Below are positions 1-11,599 of a DNA stretch of 64,000 nucleotides, piece after piece. Position 1 is the stretch's first letter. Each line of letters starts with the position of its first letter. The notes beneath the pieces were generated by a model that searched no databases, was not told the origin of the DNA, and saw only the letters and a program-made list of their open reading frames with translations. This DNA is from Vicugna vicugna (taxonomy: Eukaryota): NCBI GenBank assembly GCA_013265495.1, contig MU057711.1:1922001-1986000 (forward strand). Reading direction: 5' to 3'. The translations under genes were made by a program, and so were the position numbers.

Positions 1-98
1 ATCGTCCTCATTTCTCTCCTCTTGACTTGTCACGCTGTTCCTGTCTTCCAGCGCACGGCTGGTTTTTCGATCACACTCCGGCTCTCCTTCTAGGCCTC
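1..98 (-). CDS. ZNF423: ZNF423 coding exon (exon 3 in usual numbering), 5' part only; continues beyond window start
   Basis: Minus strand reads ttcttcctgttggcag|GA GGC CTA GAA GGA GAG CCG GAG TGT GAT CGA... = (G)[32 protein letters not shown], which I recognise as the ZNF423 N-terminal region. Acceptor AG at 100-99; phase 1, matching the donor of the exon at 47139-47198. Confidence 0.97.
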
Positions 99-371
99 CT
101 GCCAACAGGAAGAATACAGTCCACGTCAGCTGACGGGGTCTTGGGAAAGGATTTTAAAAGAATTGCCCCGCATTTATTAAGATACATTTAATTACTCTAC
201 CTCCCAGGGTCCATTATTGTTGACACCTCTCAGTATATTAATATATGGGGGTTTTTTGTAGCATGTGGTTTCATAATTCTCAGCTAGATTATTTAATTCT
301 TGGTGCAAATCTTCTAGAGGGATTTCCTGTCATCTTTCCTCTGCGCATGGATGCTGGGGGTCGTGACTCAC

Positions 372-453
372 CAGGGAGGTGAAAATGCCTTAGCGTTCTG
401 TCTCCTAAAAACCTAATTCTCTTACACACTTGTGCAGAGTTTCCATCAGCCAT
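372..453 (-). CDS. Candidate alternative first coding exon of ZNF423 (MADGNSAQVCKRIRFLGDRTLRHFHLP-G)
   Basis: ATG at 453 in strong Kozak context (ggaATGG), 27 open codons plus 1 nt, near-consensus donor CTG|GTGAGT at 372/371; phase 1, in frame with the acceptor at 98. Confidence 0.5.
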
Positions 454-1099
454 TCCTAATGCACCTAAACTTTCAGTTTCCCCTAAAGCCTTGCAGTTTA
501 GAGCTGAGAGGTCTCCTAGCCAGGTTCACCTTCCACACAACACGCCTCCCACAGTGGCGATGTTGGCTCAGTTCTTTGCAAAGATGTCCTGATTCTGGAA
601 TCAAGGAAGCATGGGTGTTTACAGGACTACTGACTGTCAAACCGCTGCTTAAAATACACCTGAGTCCTCACTTGTGCCCTAGTATCAGCCTAGACAGTGA
701 GAACCAGCCTTGGAATCATTCGGCCAACTTCTTTAAAACAAAATACCTGTTCTGCCCTTAGCACTGCACAGACAAGTGGCTAAACTGCACAGAAAAGTGA
801 GCTAATGGCCATGATAACAAGGCCTTGTCTTTGCATAGCGTTCTGTGCATTTTCAAAGCCACAAATACATACACGTAGCCCCATTTCACTCAAGCGACCA
901 TGTGGTCCTGCCCCCTGCCCGTGGAGAGGGACAGCTTTGTTATTCCCATTTCACAGGTAAGGCACCTGGCATCTGGCCAGGAGGATGCAACATCCCCAGC
1001 ACCCTACAGATGTTTACCTCGACATCCTGACTCTTGCCTAGTGCATTTCCCCGCACAGCTGGGGGAAATGGAGCACAGCCTCAATCTGAGCAATTAATA

Positions 1100-1255
1100 G
1101 GACACATCAAAAACTTGTAAAGCCAAGTGCAAAAAAAGCATGGTAAATACAATACACAGAACATATCAGTAATCCCAATAAATGTCAGTGGATTAAAGCT
1201 GCCCATTAAAATACAGAGACTCAGACTGGAAAAATCAAAGCATGTGTTGTCTCTT
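1100..1255 (+). mobile_element. Ancient L1 fragment (start of ORF2 endonuclease region)
   Basis: catatcagtaatcccaataaatgtcagtggattaaagctgcccattaaaatacagagactcagactgg resembles the decayed ISIITLNVNGLN.PIKR.RL.DW motif at the L1 ORF2 N-terminus. Confidence 0.55.
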
Positions 1256-2724
1256 CCCACAGTCTGTCCTGGAAAACAGATGTACCCATGCAGAAACTAG
1301 CACTAATTTAAACTAAAGACAAAAATCTCTGTTGTGTGTAAAGATGTTGATGCAAACATGAATGCATAGGCAAGGTGTGTGTATGCACCTGTGTATTGCC
1401 CATAACATCCCAGTTACAGAAAAAGGCTTCAGCACACAACCTTTAAATCCCCGAGGACTGGTCGCCAAAGCCAGAAAGAGAAACGAAGCCAAGAATGCAT
1501 TCAGTTCAAGGTGGAAGCCACAGTCCCATAAATATTTCAATTTAGAAACAGATAATGTTATAAGGGGTCTGTTTCTCCTGTCTGCACAGAACACGCACTT
1601 CCAAGCACCCGACCTCAAGAACCTACGAACACAAATCAGCTCACCGGAGAGCCAGCTGCCGCCTTCCGAGGCGGGGAACGTGGCATGACACGCTGCTTGG
1701 AACTGCGCGGAGGCAGTAAAAATCAATGTTTCCATTTGTGGCCCATCAAAACATCTCTCTTCTTACCAATTAAGGGATGTACAATTTTTAGGTTCTTTTA
1801 TTATCAGAATATGCCAACTCCCGGCAATACAGAAATCCCATTAAAAGGCAGCCAGCATATTTATCTCAGGAAATCTGATCCGCTGCTGTGGCGACGGCAA
1901 GAAATAGAAAGCAAAGAAATGAGAAATATCATTTGGAGCCTTCGATATTATAAGTCATCCCACAACCATGGTTACACAGTCAAGCACCTGTCTCTGAAAT
2001 GCCTAGTTCACGGTCTCTTCCCATAATAATAATAAATAAAAAAGTGTTTTGAAGGGGGGGAGAAAAGAACCGTAATTCCTGCTTTATCTGCTACGCCAGC
2101 TCTCCAGATAAGTTACATTCAGCTCCACGCCTGTGCTACTTTACTTAACACACAATTTAATGACATATTTAAATTATCCCCTTGGTTATTTTATTGTTCT
2201 TTTTTTGCTTTTTTTTTTTGCCATATTTACTTGGCAGCACTTTCCATAATAGCTCATCTAATCCACAACTGGAACCACGAACATTACAATGCATTTGATC
2301 TCTCTAAATCTGGTACATCCTGTTGACTCAGGAGTAGATAAATCAGAATGTCAACTCTTGGGTTTTTATAAGGCAAAACCCCATAAAGTCATCCAAGAGT
2401 ATAAATCTGTTTTAAGGAACTGTCACCTCCCCTGCCGCTGTCTCCTAATGGGAAGGCAAGGTGGCTGCACAGAAAGGGGCAGGAGAGGGGAGGTGGGCAA
2501 CATGGGGACCTCATCACCCAAGGTCCCGTGGATCACATGGCCTGGAGAAGTTTGGGGTAGCGAGACTTCCCTGGCGGCCCAGTCACCGGGGGCCCCCTCT
2601 GCTGTGTCGGTGGGATCAGGACCTTGAGTGCAGGAAGCCCTCCATCCCGCTCAAGGCTTTACTGTAAGGCACTCTATGCCTCCCAGTCTCTGAACCTCAC
2701 CATCAGAAATAAAAGTAAGTCGTG

Positions 2725-2815
2725 TTATTTTCCCATTTACAGATGAGAAAACTGAGGCTCTGAGCGGTCACCCAAAGCCATGCAAGGGATCGAACCTCCA
2801 AGTTCTGATTTAAGT
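2725..2815 (+). mobile_element. MIR SINE fragment
   Basis: MIR core cccatttacagatgagaaaactgaggctc. Confidence 0.75.
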
Positions 2816-3519
2816 CACTCACCCCTCCCCTAGCTCCCAAGTGGGTCTAAGGACGGAGCTCTGAGGGTGCTAGTCTCTCCGGAGCCCTCTCTGGGGTCTC
2901 CTCGTTCCCAGGTCCACCCTGAGCAGCTGCTCAATGAGCCCCCGGGGCCCTCATGAGTGGACCCTCCCTGTTCCCTGGACCCCACTGTCCCACGTCCCAC
3001 CCTCATCTAGCCCCAGAGTCTCTCGAGGGTCCTCGCTGAGCAAGCACAGAGGAAGCAGAGCCCAGCAGCCGCCACCAACCCTACCTGAGTCCCCATCCCA
3101 AGTGCTGCCTCTTGTTTCCAACACGTGGCGACCTCCTGGGGCTGAACTACAGTTGACCTGAGGTCCCTCCAACTACTGGGTGGCTGATGAAGCAAAGTCA
3201 GTGGGCAAGGCCTCCAGGCAAGGAAGGACCTCCCCAAAATGGGCTGCTGGTGACTTTCCCTCCAGCCCCACTCAATTTCCCCCAGGGGCACCCAGGGAAG
3301 GCCCAAGCTAAACAATTTCCGAATAAGGCCCACTCCCTCAGGGCCATGAGCACAGGACAGGAAACAGAATTGGCACCGTAAACACGGACTTCTCCATCCA
3401 TTAACAAAGCTCCCTATCTGCCCTGCCTCATGTTGCACCCTGGAAAACTAACAACCTAGTTGTTTTCCGATCTGTACACCTCCATCCTTTTGCCCAGGGT
3501 TCCACCAAGAACAGCTGGC

Positions 3520-3695
3520 CTTTATTAAGGCCTTGTTGCATGCCAGGTATTTTCCCAGTGCAGCCCTTTAAGTTGAGCCCATCATAGCCCCATTTTACAG
3601 GTGAGGAAACTGAGGCTCTGTGAGGTGCCGATGTTTAAGCAAGGCCACAGCAGCAGGTTTCACACACAATTGTGCCTGACTCTCAGCCACTGTGC
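3520..3695 (+). mobile_element. MIR SINE
   Basis: cccattttacaggtgaggaaactgaggctc...aaggccacagc...tgcctgactc. Confidence 0.8.
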
Positions 3696-4147
3696 TCCAC
3701 AGTCTCCCCACAGTAGAGCCTCAGTGGAAAAAATGAGCCATGTGTTAAGGAATCTGTAAACCCTCCAAAGTCGTCTGCAGGGTCCTGGTCGTGAACCCCA
3801 AAGTCCAGTGAGAGCTCCGCTGACCACTCTGACTTCACGCTTCCTCCTCAGCCATTACAGACCTTCATTCAATCCCCTGAACTGCAGGTTTGTTCTGACA
3901 GGGGCTTCACACTCCTGTTCTGCCGTAACCCTTCACCCACCCAATGGGGCTCCTGGAGGGCCTGAGCGCCCAGGTCTCGCATGTCCCCATCATTCCTTTC
4001 CCATAGTTCCCTTCCCATGGCCGTCAGCGCACTTGGAGCAATGTTCACTCACACTTTTATAGGCTGACTTTTTACTCTCTGCCTCCCTGTGCTGCCCGCA
4101 TTGGCCTAGGAGGGCAGCGGCAACAGCTCCCATCCCAGGTGCTGTTC

Positions 4148-4604
4148 TGTAGTGAATCCTTGCCCGCTCCCATCAAATAGAGGGATCTAAGTTCCCTCCA
4201 CAATTCCGGTGGCTCAGCTGGGCCCGGTGACTCCCTTGAACACTAGAACACAACAGAAACTAGAATGCAACTTCCCCCGGGTCTCCTGGTCTCTTGGGAC
4301 ACTACCCCTGAGAGCCCAGCCGCCCTACTATGAGGAGCCCAGGCCAGTGGAGGGTGTGTTGGTGCTCCAGTCCACGGCCCCGGCTGAGCTCTCCGCGGCC
4401 AGCACCAGCTGCCATGGGGGTGCACCACCTTGGACACCCAACCCTGACAAGCTTTCAAAAGGCAGCAGCCCCAACCACCTGTGACTGCAACTACATGAGA
4501 AATGCGAGTCCAGTCAGCCCACAGAGCTGTGCAAAACAGTAACTGTTGCTTTAGGTCCCTGAGTTTGGGAATAGTTTGTTACACAGCAGAGGACAGCTGG
4601 AACA
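4148..4604 (+). mobile_element. ERVL-MaLR solo LTR (MLT1-type)
   Basis: Motifs typical of MLT1: cccagccgccctactatgaggagcccaggcc, tgactgcaactacatgaga, and the 3' end tgttgctttaggtccctgagtttgggaatagtttgttacacagca...ggaaca. Confidence 0.75.
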
Positions 4605-4720
4605 CTCCGCTGTAAGTTCCAAGAGAGCAGGAGCTGTGTTTGTTTTTACTTGGTACTGTCTCCCCAGCCCCTGGGAGACACACGGCGGGCACTGAATAAA
4701 CTGTGAATGAATGAATGAGT
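4605..4720 (+). mobile_element. L2 3' end
   Basis: tgtaagttccaagagagcagg...ccccagcccctgg...aataaactgtgaatgaatgaatga tail. Confidence 0.7.
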
Positions 4721-5344
4721 TGGTTTCAAAGAAACAAGTCTGAATATCAATACAGGTAAGGGCCAGGGGAGGGGAAGTGGTTTCAGTGCTGTTTACTGTG
4801 TGATGACAAGTATTAGCTTGAACCATATGAAGTTGCCATTTTTCTAGGTCAAAAAAGCCAAATAATGGCAATCTCAAATGGTTCAATGGGGCCACTCTGT
4901 CTTGCCTGCTGCTTCTTCAAAGCAGGAGGAGGGAGGTATACCTACACTGGTGGATCCCACTACATCACATACACCCCACAGATCCTGAGCCTAAGATACG
5001 GACTTGGGGAACTTACTATGAGCGGCAGTTAACACTCCACCTCCATCTCTTGGCCTTAGAAAGTAGTGAATTTCCCCACCCCCAGCCTAAACAGCCCCAC
5101 TGAGCCACTGCCCTTGAGAAAGGGGTTTTATCCCAGATGACAACACGAGAAGGACAGTGGGACCCCGCAGAAAAGGTGCACAGCAAGTGACGCCTAGCAA
5201 GGAAAGTGGCCCCACGTCCTCTTTCAGGAAGAGGCAGCAGAGGCCTAGTCAGGGATGGAGGGAGGGGGCTCAGCCTCCCCTGCGCCATGAGTGGTGCTGA
5301 CCACCGCGGGAGCACCTCCTGGCATCCTTCCACATTCACACCTT

Positions 5345-5515
5345 CCCATCCCGCCGTCCCAGTAATCCTATGAGGGAGGTACAATTGATGTCCCCCCTTT
5401 GCAGATGGGGAAACCAAGGCTCAGGACCACACACAAATCACACACACTGGAAAGGGCAGAGCCTGGATTTGAACCCAGGTCTTCTGGTTACAGATCCCAA
5501 CTCTTAACCACTACA
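5345..5515 (+). mobile_element. MIR SINE
   Basis: cagatggggaaaccaaggctcag...gcagagcctggatttgaacccaggtctt...ctcttaaccactacac. Confidence 0.8.
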
Positions 5516-6944
5516 CAGGAGGGCAGAAAGGGAATGCTTGTGAGAGCGCTGAGCAGGGGACAGCTGGCTAAGTCCAGTGCCAGGAAAGAGGGAAAGGGGA
5601 GAGGCCCCCAGGGACCAGGCTGCCCGCAGGCTGCCAGGTCTGGGAACAGGACATTTCCTACCTTCTCAGCAAGGATTCCGAAGCTCATGAGTCAGGGCTG
5701 TCAGGACCTCCACGCTCCCTGGGGCCGGCTGAGAGAGGCTCAGCCTGAGAACACCAGTGAGGGTCTCTTCCCTCTGGCCCCAGTCCCCAGCCAGCACTCA
5801 AGTCAGAAAGAACTGAAAAGAAGGCTGCCTCTTTTCCTTCCTGGAAAAGACCGTGGGGATCACCCCACCATCAGAGGGCCCTGGGCACCCTAAGAACCAA
5901 CCAGGGACCACTGAGGGTCCTGCCCCTGAGGACCCAGGGCTGAGTACCTGCCCAGTGAAGGCAGGAGACCAGGAGTAGCCCCCACACACCCAGGATAGAG
6001 AAAACAAGGGCAGAGAATGGGGACATGAGACACCCCAGTAGCAATAACCACAGACATTCATCCATTCTCTCCTTCCTTCATCCCACAAATACTGATTGAC
6101 TGCCTACTCTGGGCCAAGCATAACATACACATATTTGTAGAACGTACAGGATGCTCCCTGGTCTCTTTCTTCTTGGTGACCTCAAAGCCCACACAAGGCC
6201 TGGCACAGAAAAGATGTTTAATCAGTGTGGGGTGGCTGAACGAGTGCCCAGGGGAAAAAAATGATGCCCAAAGGGAGGGGTAGGTGGTAAGTGCCTGCAG
6301 CCTGGTCCAGGGTCAGTCCTGTGTTTCCGTCTTAGCTCCAGGAAACCCCTCCTTGCCCCACGAGTGACCCTGAGCAAGTCACTTCTCCCGCCTGAGGTTG
6401 ATTCCTTATATGTCAACAAGGAGCCTGATCCTGATGGGCACTGACCTCTCCTGCCTCACAAGGTGGAGGTGAGGCTCACCTGAACGGATGACCATAGATG
6501 CGAGAATTGTGCCCACAGCTACACACAGATATGGGTAAGCCAGGAGCCCTGCGGGGTTTCAAGGAGCCCAGAGGAGGCTGGAGCAGGGGCAGGTGGGGAG
6601 AGGATGGCGTCGGGAAAAGTGCAAGACCAGGGTGCAGGGGAGGGGCAGAGAGGGGAGTGAAGGCCAGGAATGGTGCCAGGTGAGAGTGGAAGGCAAGAGA
6701 GTCAGCCCTGGAAGCCAGTGAGTCCTAAAACAGTCTCCCCATCTCTTCTCCCACCCAGACCCGGACAGGAGATACACCATCCACCTCCGCAGAAATCAGA
6801 AACACCAGGCGGTAAATTCTAGATGCATCCAGGGCTTGACCTGGAGAACCCACATGTACAGAGGACACCAGGAGTGCCAGTGTAGAGGAGTCCAGTGGGG
6901 CTGATGGGACCAAGTTGCTTTTGCATAAAAATGGCTATGAAGCA

Positions 6945-7068
6945 GGGGTGGGGGTATAGCTCAGTGGCAGAGCACATGCTCGGCAGGCACAAGGTCCTGG
7001 GTTCAATCCTCATTTACAGGAGGGGGAAGAAATTTGAAATATAATAAAATAATTTTTTTAAAGATACT
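6945..7068 (+). mobile_element. tRNA-derived SINE, camelid Vic-1-like
   Basis: A box tatagctcagtggc and B box gggttcaatcc, A-rich tail, flanked by direct repeat tatgaagca (6936-6944 and 7069-7077). Confidence 0.85.
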
Positions 7069-7149
7069 TATGAAGCAACGGCACACACAAGCAGCAGACA
7101 GTTGGAGCTACGTTCCAGGGACTATAAGGAGGACAGAGAAAGAACGGAA

Positions 7150-7330
7150 ACGAATGGCAGGCTTTGGAGCCAGCCTATCTGGGTTCAAATTCACATGCCA
7201 TCACGTAACAGCTGGGGGACCTTGGATAAGTCACTTACCCTCTCTGAGAAAATTTTAATGAAGTTAAATTATTGTAATGAGGTAGTGCACACAGAGCCGG
7301 ATACCCAGCGTACAAGGAAACTTGAGAAAA
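7150..7330 (-). mobile_element. MIR SINE
   Basis: ggctttggagccag...ctgggttcaaatt...gaccttggataagtcacttaccctctctgag. Confidence 0.7.
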
Positions 7331-9819
7331 CAGTAGCTATGTTTACTGTCTGCTCTGTTATCATTCAAACAACACGCGTGGCATCATGACTCAGACAGGA
7401 AGGTGGAGGCGTCGCACCGCATGAGAGGTCCTGGCAGGAGGCCTCATGGGCTCCTGAGGATGGAGAATATTAGGGCACACAGCCCCCTGAAAGGCACAAA
7501 AATGTCCATACAGACAAAAAAAAAAAAAAGTCCACTGGATCAGGAGAGGAAAGGCTTGGCCTCGAGTCTGAGCTCCCCACTTCCGTGTTGTATGACCTTG
7601 AGTAAGTGACAAGCCCAGCTCCTCCAGGAAACAGCGTGACCCCTGCCCGGGGTCTATCCCTGCCAGCTCCCGGGCAGACAATGTAGAAGGGTTTACACTT
7701 TTCTTGTACTCTCCCCCTGTATGTAGTTTTGCAGGGAGGAGTCTCCCGACAGAATTCACAGTCCAGGCAGGCGTCCACCACTTCCAAAGTGTTTATCCTG
7801 CAGCAATATTTTGCTTTAATAGAGAACAAACAGTCTATCCTAACAGCCAGAATGTTTCCTACAAACAGTGTCACCAGCAGCACGTTCCCGAGGGCCAGCG
7901 TGGAAGGAAGCACTTTCGGAACCCGGGCACTGGGTCAAACCCCTGGCTAACCCTCAGCTCGGTGTTTGGGCCCTGCTTGTAGAGAAGGACACGTCTCCAT
8001 GAACAGTTTCTCACGCACGCCTGGGCTGCTGGGAGGGCAGCCGGGAGCGGCTGGACTGGGGCTGGGCAAGCATACTGCCAACCCCAATTAGACACTCTGC
8101 TTGTGCATCCACTGCCGGCCCCAGATTCCACAAGGCAGCCACTATTTATCTTCAGGTTTAAAATATTTGCAGTGCAGGCAGCGGGGTAACATTTAACACT
8201 CAGCCTAAAGGGTCCCCTTGGCAGCAGAGCTGTAGGCAAATATTTTAACACATAATTTGCTGTCCAAGTTCTGCTTCTTAAATAAGGAAGCAACTTCTGC
8301 AGAGCTCTCTGGCATGGGGGTGCCTGTTGCCCCCGCCAGTGCTGATGGCTCTGTGGATGGAATTTCAAAGCCTCAGTCAGTCAGACACTGAATCTGACCC
8401 GGGCTGCATCACACAAGCCTGGCTGGGATGCTCCACCCTGGTTGACGATGCCAGACTGGGCCCAGGGCACCCCCATCCATGGGCCCGGTAGACCATGAAA
8501 ATGACAAGAACCTTCCAGAGAATGTCTCTTTAGTTGTCAGGAATTCTAGAACCTGAAGCAAAAACAATTAGCAGTGTAATGGCAATCCCTTCCCTCAGAC
8601 CAGAACTTCCAATTCATCTGCATCCTTCACCCTGTGGCCCGTGGATCATTAGACCCATCTTACAGAGGGCAAAACTGAGGCTCAGATGGCTCAGACAGCT
8701 CACTCCATCACTCAGACCACGAGCTGGACCACAGCTCACCACTCCAAAGTTCCCCCAGCATTACACAAACATTAGAATGGGCTGGGGGAGCCTGGGGTAA
8801 TGATGTACAGCCACCCAAGGAGATGGCTCCTGCTTGAATCCTCTACATAATCATCATACAGTAAAGTGAGGCCCAGTACAGACATCGGTTGTTTTTTTTT
8901 TTTTGAAAAGAAGGAAATTCATATTTTTACATGAAATCTCTAGATGTTTAAAAGTTGATTTCAAATTTTAAGAAACATGGTGTGTATGAAACAGTACACC
9001 TTAGAGGGCTGGATGCAGCCTTCGTGGGGAGGGGATCTTTGCCAGGGAGCACGCCCAACAAGAGCTGCCTGGCCCCCTGGAGCCAGACAGGGAGTTCAGC
9101 TATACAATGATGATAGTGTCCCTTCTTTGGAGATTTAGGACTGGGTTCCAGTTCCCTCCTGTGTGACTTTGGTTGCTTACGCTTCTGAGCTTCAGTCGCC
9201 TTGCCTAGAAAATGAAGACAGCATTACCTGCTCATGCTCAGGTTACAGAAGCTCCCTATGGGGGCCGTCATCTAGGTGTCCTTGCCCCAGGTCTCCACCA
9301 CCCAGGCCGTGGTGGGCAGTAAGCTCCCCCAAAGCTGGAGCCATCTCAGACACAAATCCTCCACATCTTTAGTCAGTCAACAAACTTTCTCTGAGCACCT
9401 ACTATGTGCCAGCTGCTGCTCTAGGTGTACCTATAGCTGTGCCAAGGAACACAGCTCAGCTGCTTTACCCTGCTGAGGCTAACGCTGGTCACAAGCACCT
9501 TGCCCTTGATGGGAAAATAACCTGCTGAACGAATGCATGGCTCAACCCTCCCAGGGGGTGCTGCACGGAGGCAAGCCACAAAGGTAGAGAGAGACGGCCG
9601 CTTCCACTGCACCCGGCTCCCGACATGATGGGTAAGGAAGGAGCAAAAAGAAAAGATGGTAGATTTGAGGGAGGGAAGGTGGGAGGAGCGGAGCAGGAAG
9701 AGGAGAAAAAGCAATCACAAACACCGCCACCAAAAAGGAAAAAATACATATATTTCTCCAGCCAGTCCTTAACGGTATCGCTCCTCTGAGCCTCACGATC
9801 TTAATAAAACTGATCTCAC

Positions 9820-9937
9820 CGCATGCAGTAATGAAGAACAGTCGGACAAAGCCACCCTGGAACCATGAAAATTGTGCGCTGTTACCGCCTCGTGACCTCC
9901 TGAGGCTGTGACCACTCTGCCCTCTCCTTGCTGTCAT
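9820..9937 (-). CDS. Candidate alternative exon of ZNF423 (MTARRGQSGHSLRRSRG-G, or extended to ...FFITAC-G)
   Basis: ATG at 9937 (aacATGa), open frame to two phase-1 donors, GCG|GTAACA (9886) and GCG|GTGAGA (9820); CpG-retaining, repeat-free context. Confidence 0.35.
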
Positions 9938-11599
9938 GTTTTGTCTCCAACGGCTGCTGGGAAGGAGGAGGTGGAGGAGCAGGCCGGAGGTAGGCAGTGG
10001 AGGGAGGACTCGGGGCAGCATGGGGAGCTCGATAAATCCAGCTAATTTGTGGCCAGCGCCATGGCCTGGCGCTCCTAATTGCTCCCAGTCTAGGAGCAGA
10101 ACTCAAGGAGAGGATGCTGGGGTGCAAATCATGCCCTGGTGGCCGTGGCAGAAAGAGGAGCCCCATGGAGGGAAAAAACGGGACAGGGAGAGATGTTTAT
10201 CCCAAAGACAGGACAGGTGGCCAGGCTGGGCAAGAGGGGCTCAGGGTCAAAGGCAGACACAAGCAGTGCTGACAGAACCCAGAGCCCCCGGGGCCACACC
10301 GAGGTCACTGGGGGATTCCGGCAGGTTCCACCCTCTCTGGGCCTCAGTTGCTCCATCTATAAATGAAGGCATGGGCGTTGGACAGCAATTTTTAAAGCAA
10401 GGCACCTTAGTGACTCTTTGCGGTGCCAGGGGAAGGCCCAAGGTTACCTCCACACACAGGAAGCCCCACTCAGTCGGCTGCAGGAGCTGGAGTTCCACAG
10501 AGCGGTGCTTTACAGATGGAGTTCTGCTGTGAAAGCAGGAAGTGGGCAAAAGTCCACCCAGCCAACTCCTCCTCACCGTCCAGGGCTCAGCCCAATAAAC
10601 CTTCGGCCCCCCACATGTGCTCTGTGCTCACTGGGCACCCCCCTTCCCGCTCTGACCACAGCAGTCATGGTCCAACTCGTTATCCCCATGCCAGTGAGCA
10701 GACTCCAGGTGGGGAGGGGTCAGCAACCCCCGACTCTCCCTCCCCAACCTGGCCCCTAGCACAGAGCCTGGCACACAACAACCATTCAGTAAATGTATGT
10801 GAACCAAGCAGTCCAAAAGGGCCCTTCCTACCCTACATTTAAAGGTCCAGCCATGGGTCTGTACACCTCTGGGGAAGGAAAGCTGAGAAAGTGGAACACA
10901 GCCCTGGTTCTTTCCTGCCTGCTGCCCAGGGATGCAGGGAGTGGAGCGTGCTCCCTGCCCTTGGTCCTCAGGGACCACTGCTGTACCCCAGGGGCCGTGA
11001 CCCTCCAGCCCAAGGTCTCCAGTCCAGCTCCAGGAAGGGCCTGGGAGGCCAGGAGCCCCACCCCCTCCAGCCACAGCGGAGAGGCTGTGTAGAGCCTATA
11101 AAAATCAGCAGGCTGCCAGGGCATGGAGACAGCGTGGTGCGCGGCCGCGTTCCGGGGAACACTGAAGTGGCGCCTAGAGACCATGGAGCGTGTCTGATGG
11201 AGTGGTTGCCCCGCGCGGCTGCTGCTGAGTGAGGAGAAGCCAGGGTGCACACTCGGCTTCCCACGGACCCCACCGCGGGAGGGCGGGGCCTCGCCCCCTC
11301 CAAGGACCCTTCGGCCCCGGTCGCTTAACCTCATCCGCTTGCTGAGGCCTGCCAGCTTTCTGCTGACTTCCCTCCAGCCCCCGGGGACTGACTCCCACAA
11401 GTGGGCTGTGAGACATTCCAGAAGTCTCCAGAAACCTGGACATGAAGGCAGCTGACAGGACAAAGCCAACCGGCCCAGACAACACAGTTGAGGGGCCTCA
11501 GCGGGAAGGCGGCCATCCCAGGAGGGGATGGATTTAAGTGGGGAGTGGGACGGACCTACACCCGCCAATCCCTTGGAGCCTGGGAGGAGCAGAGACCTG

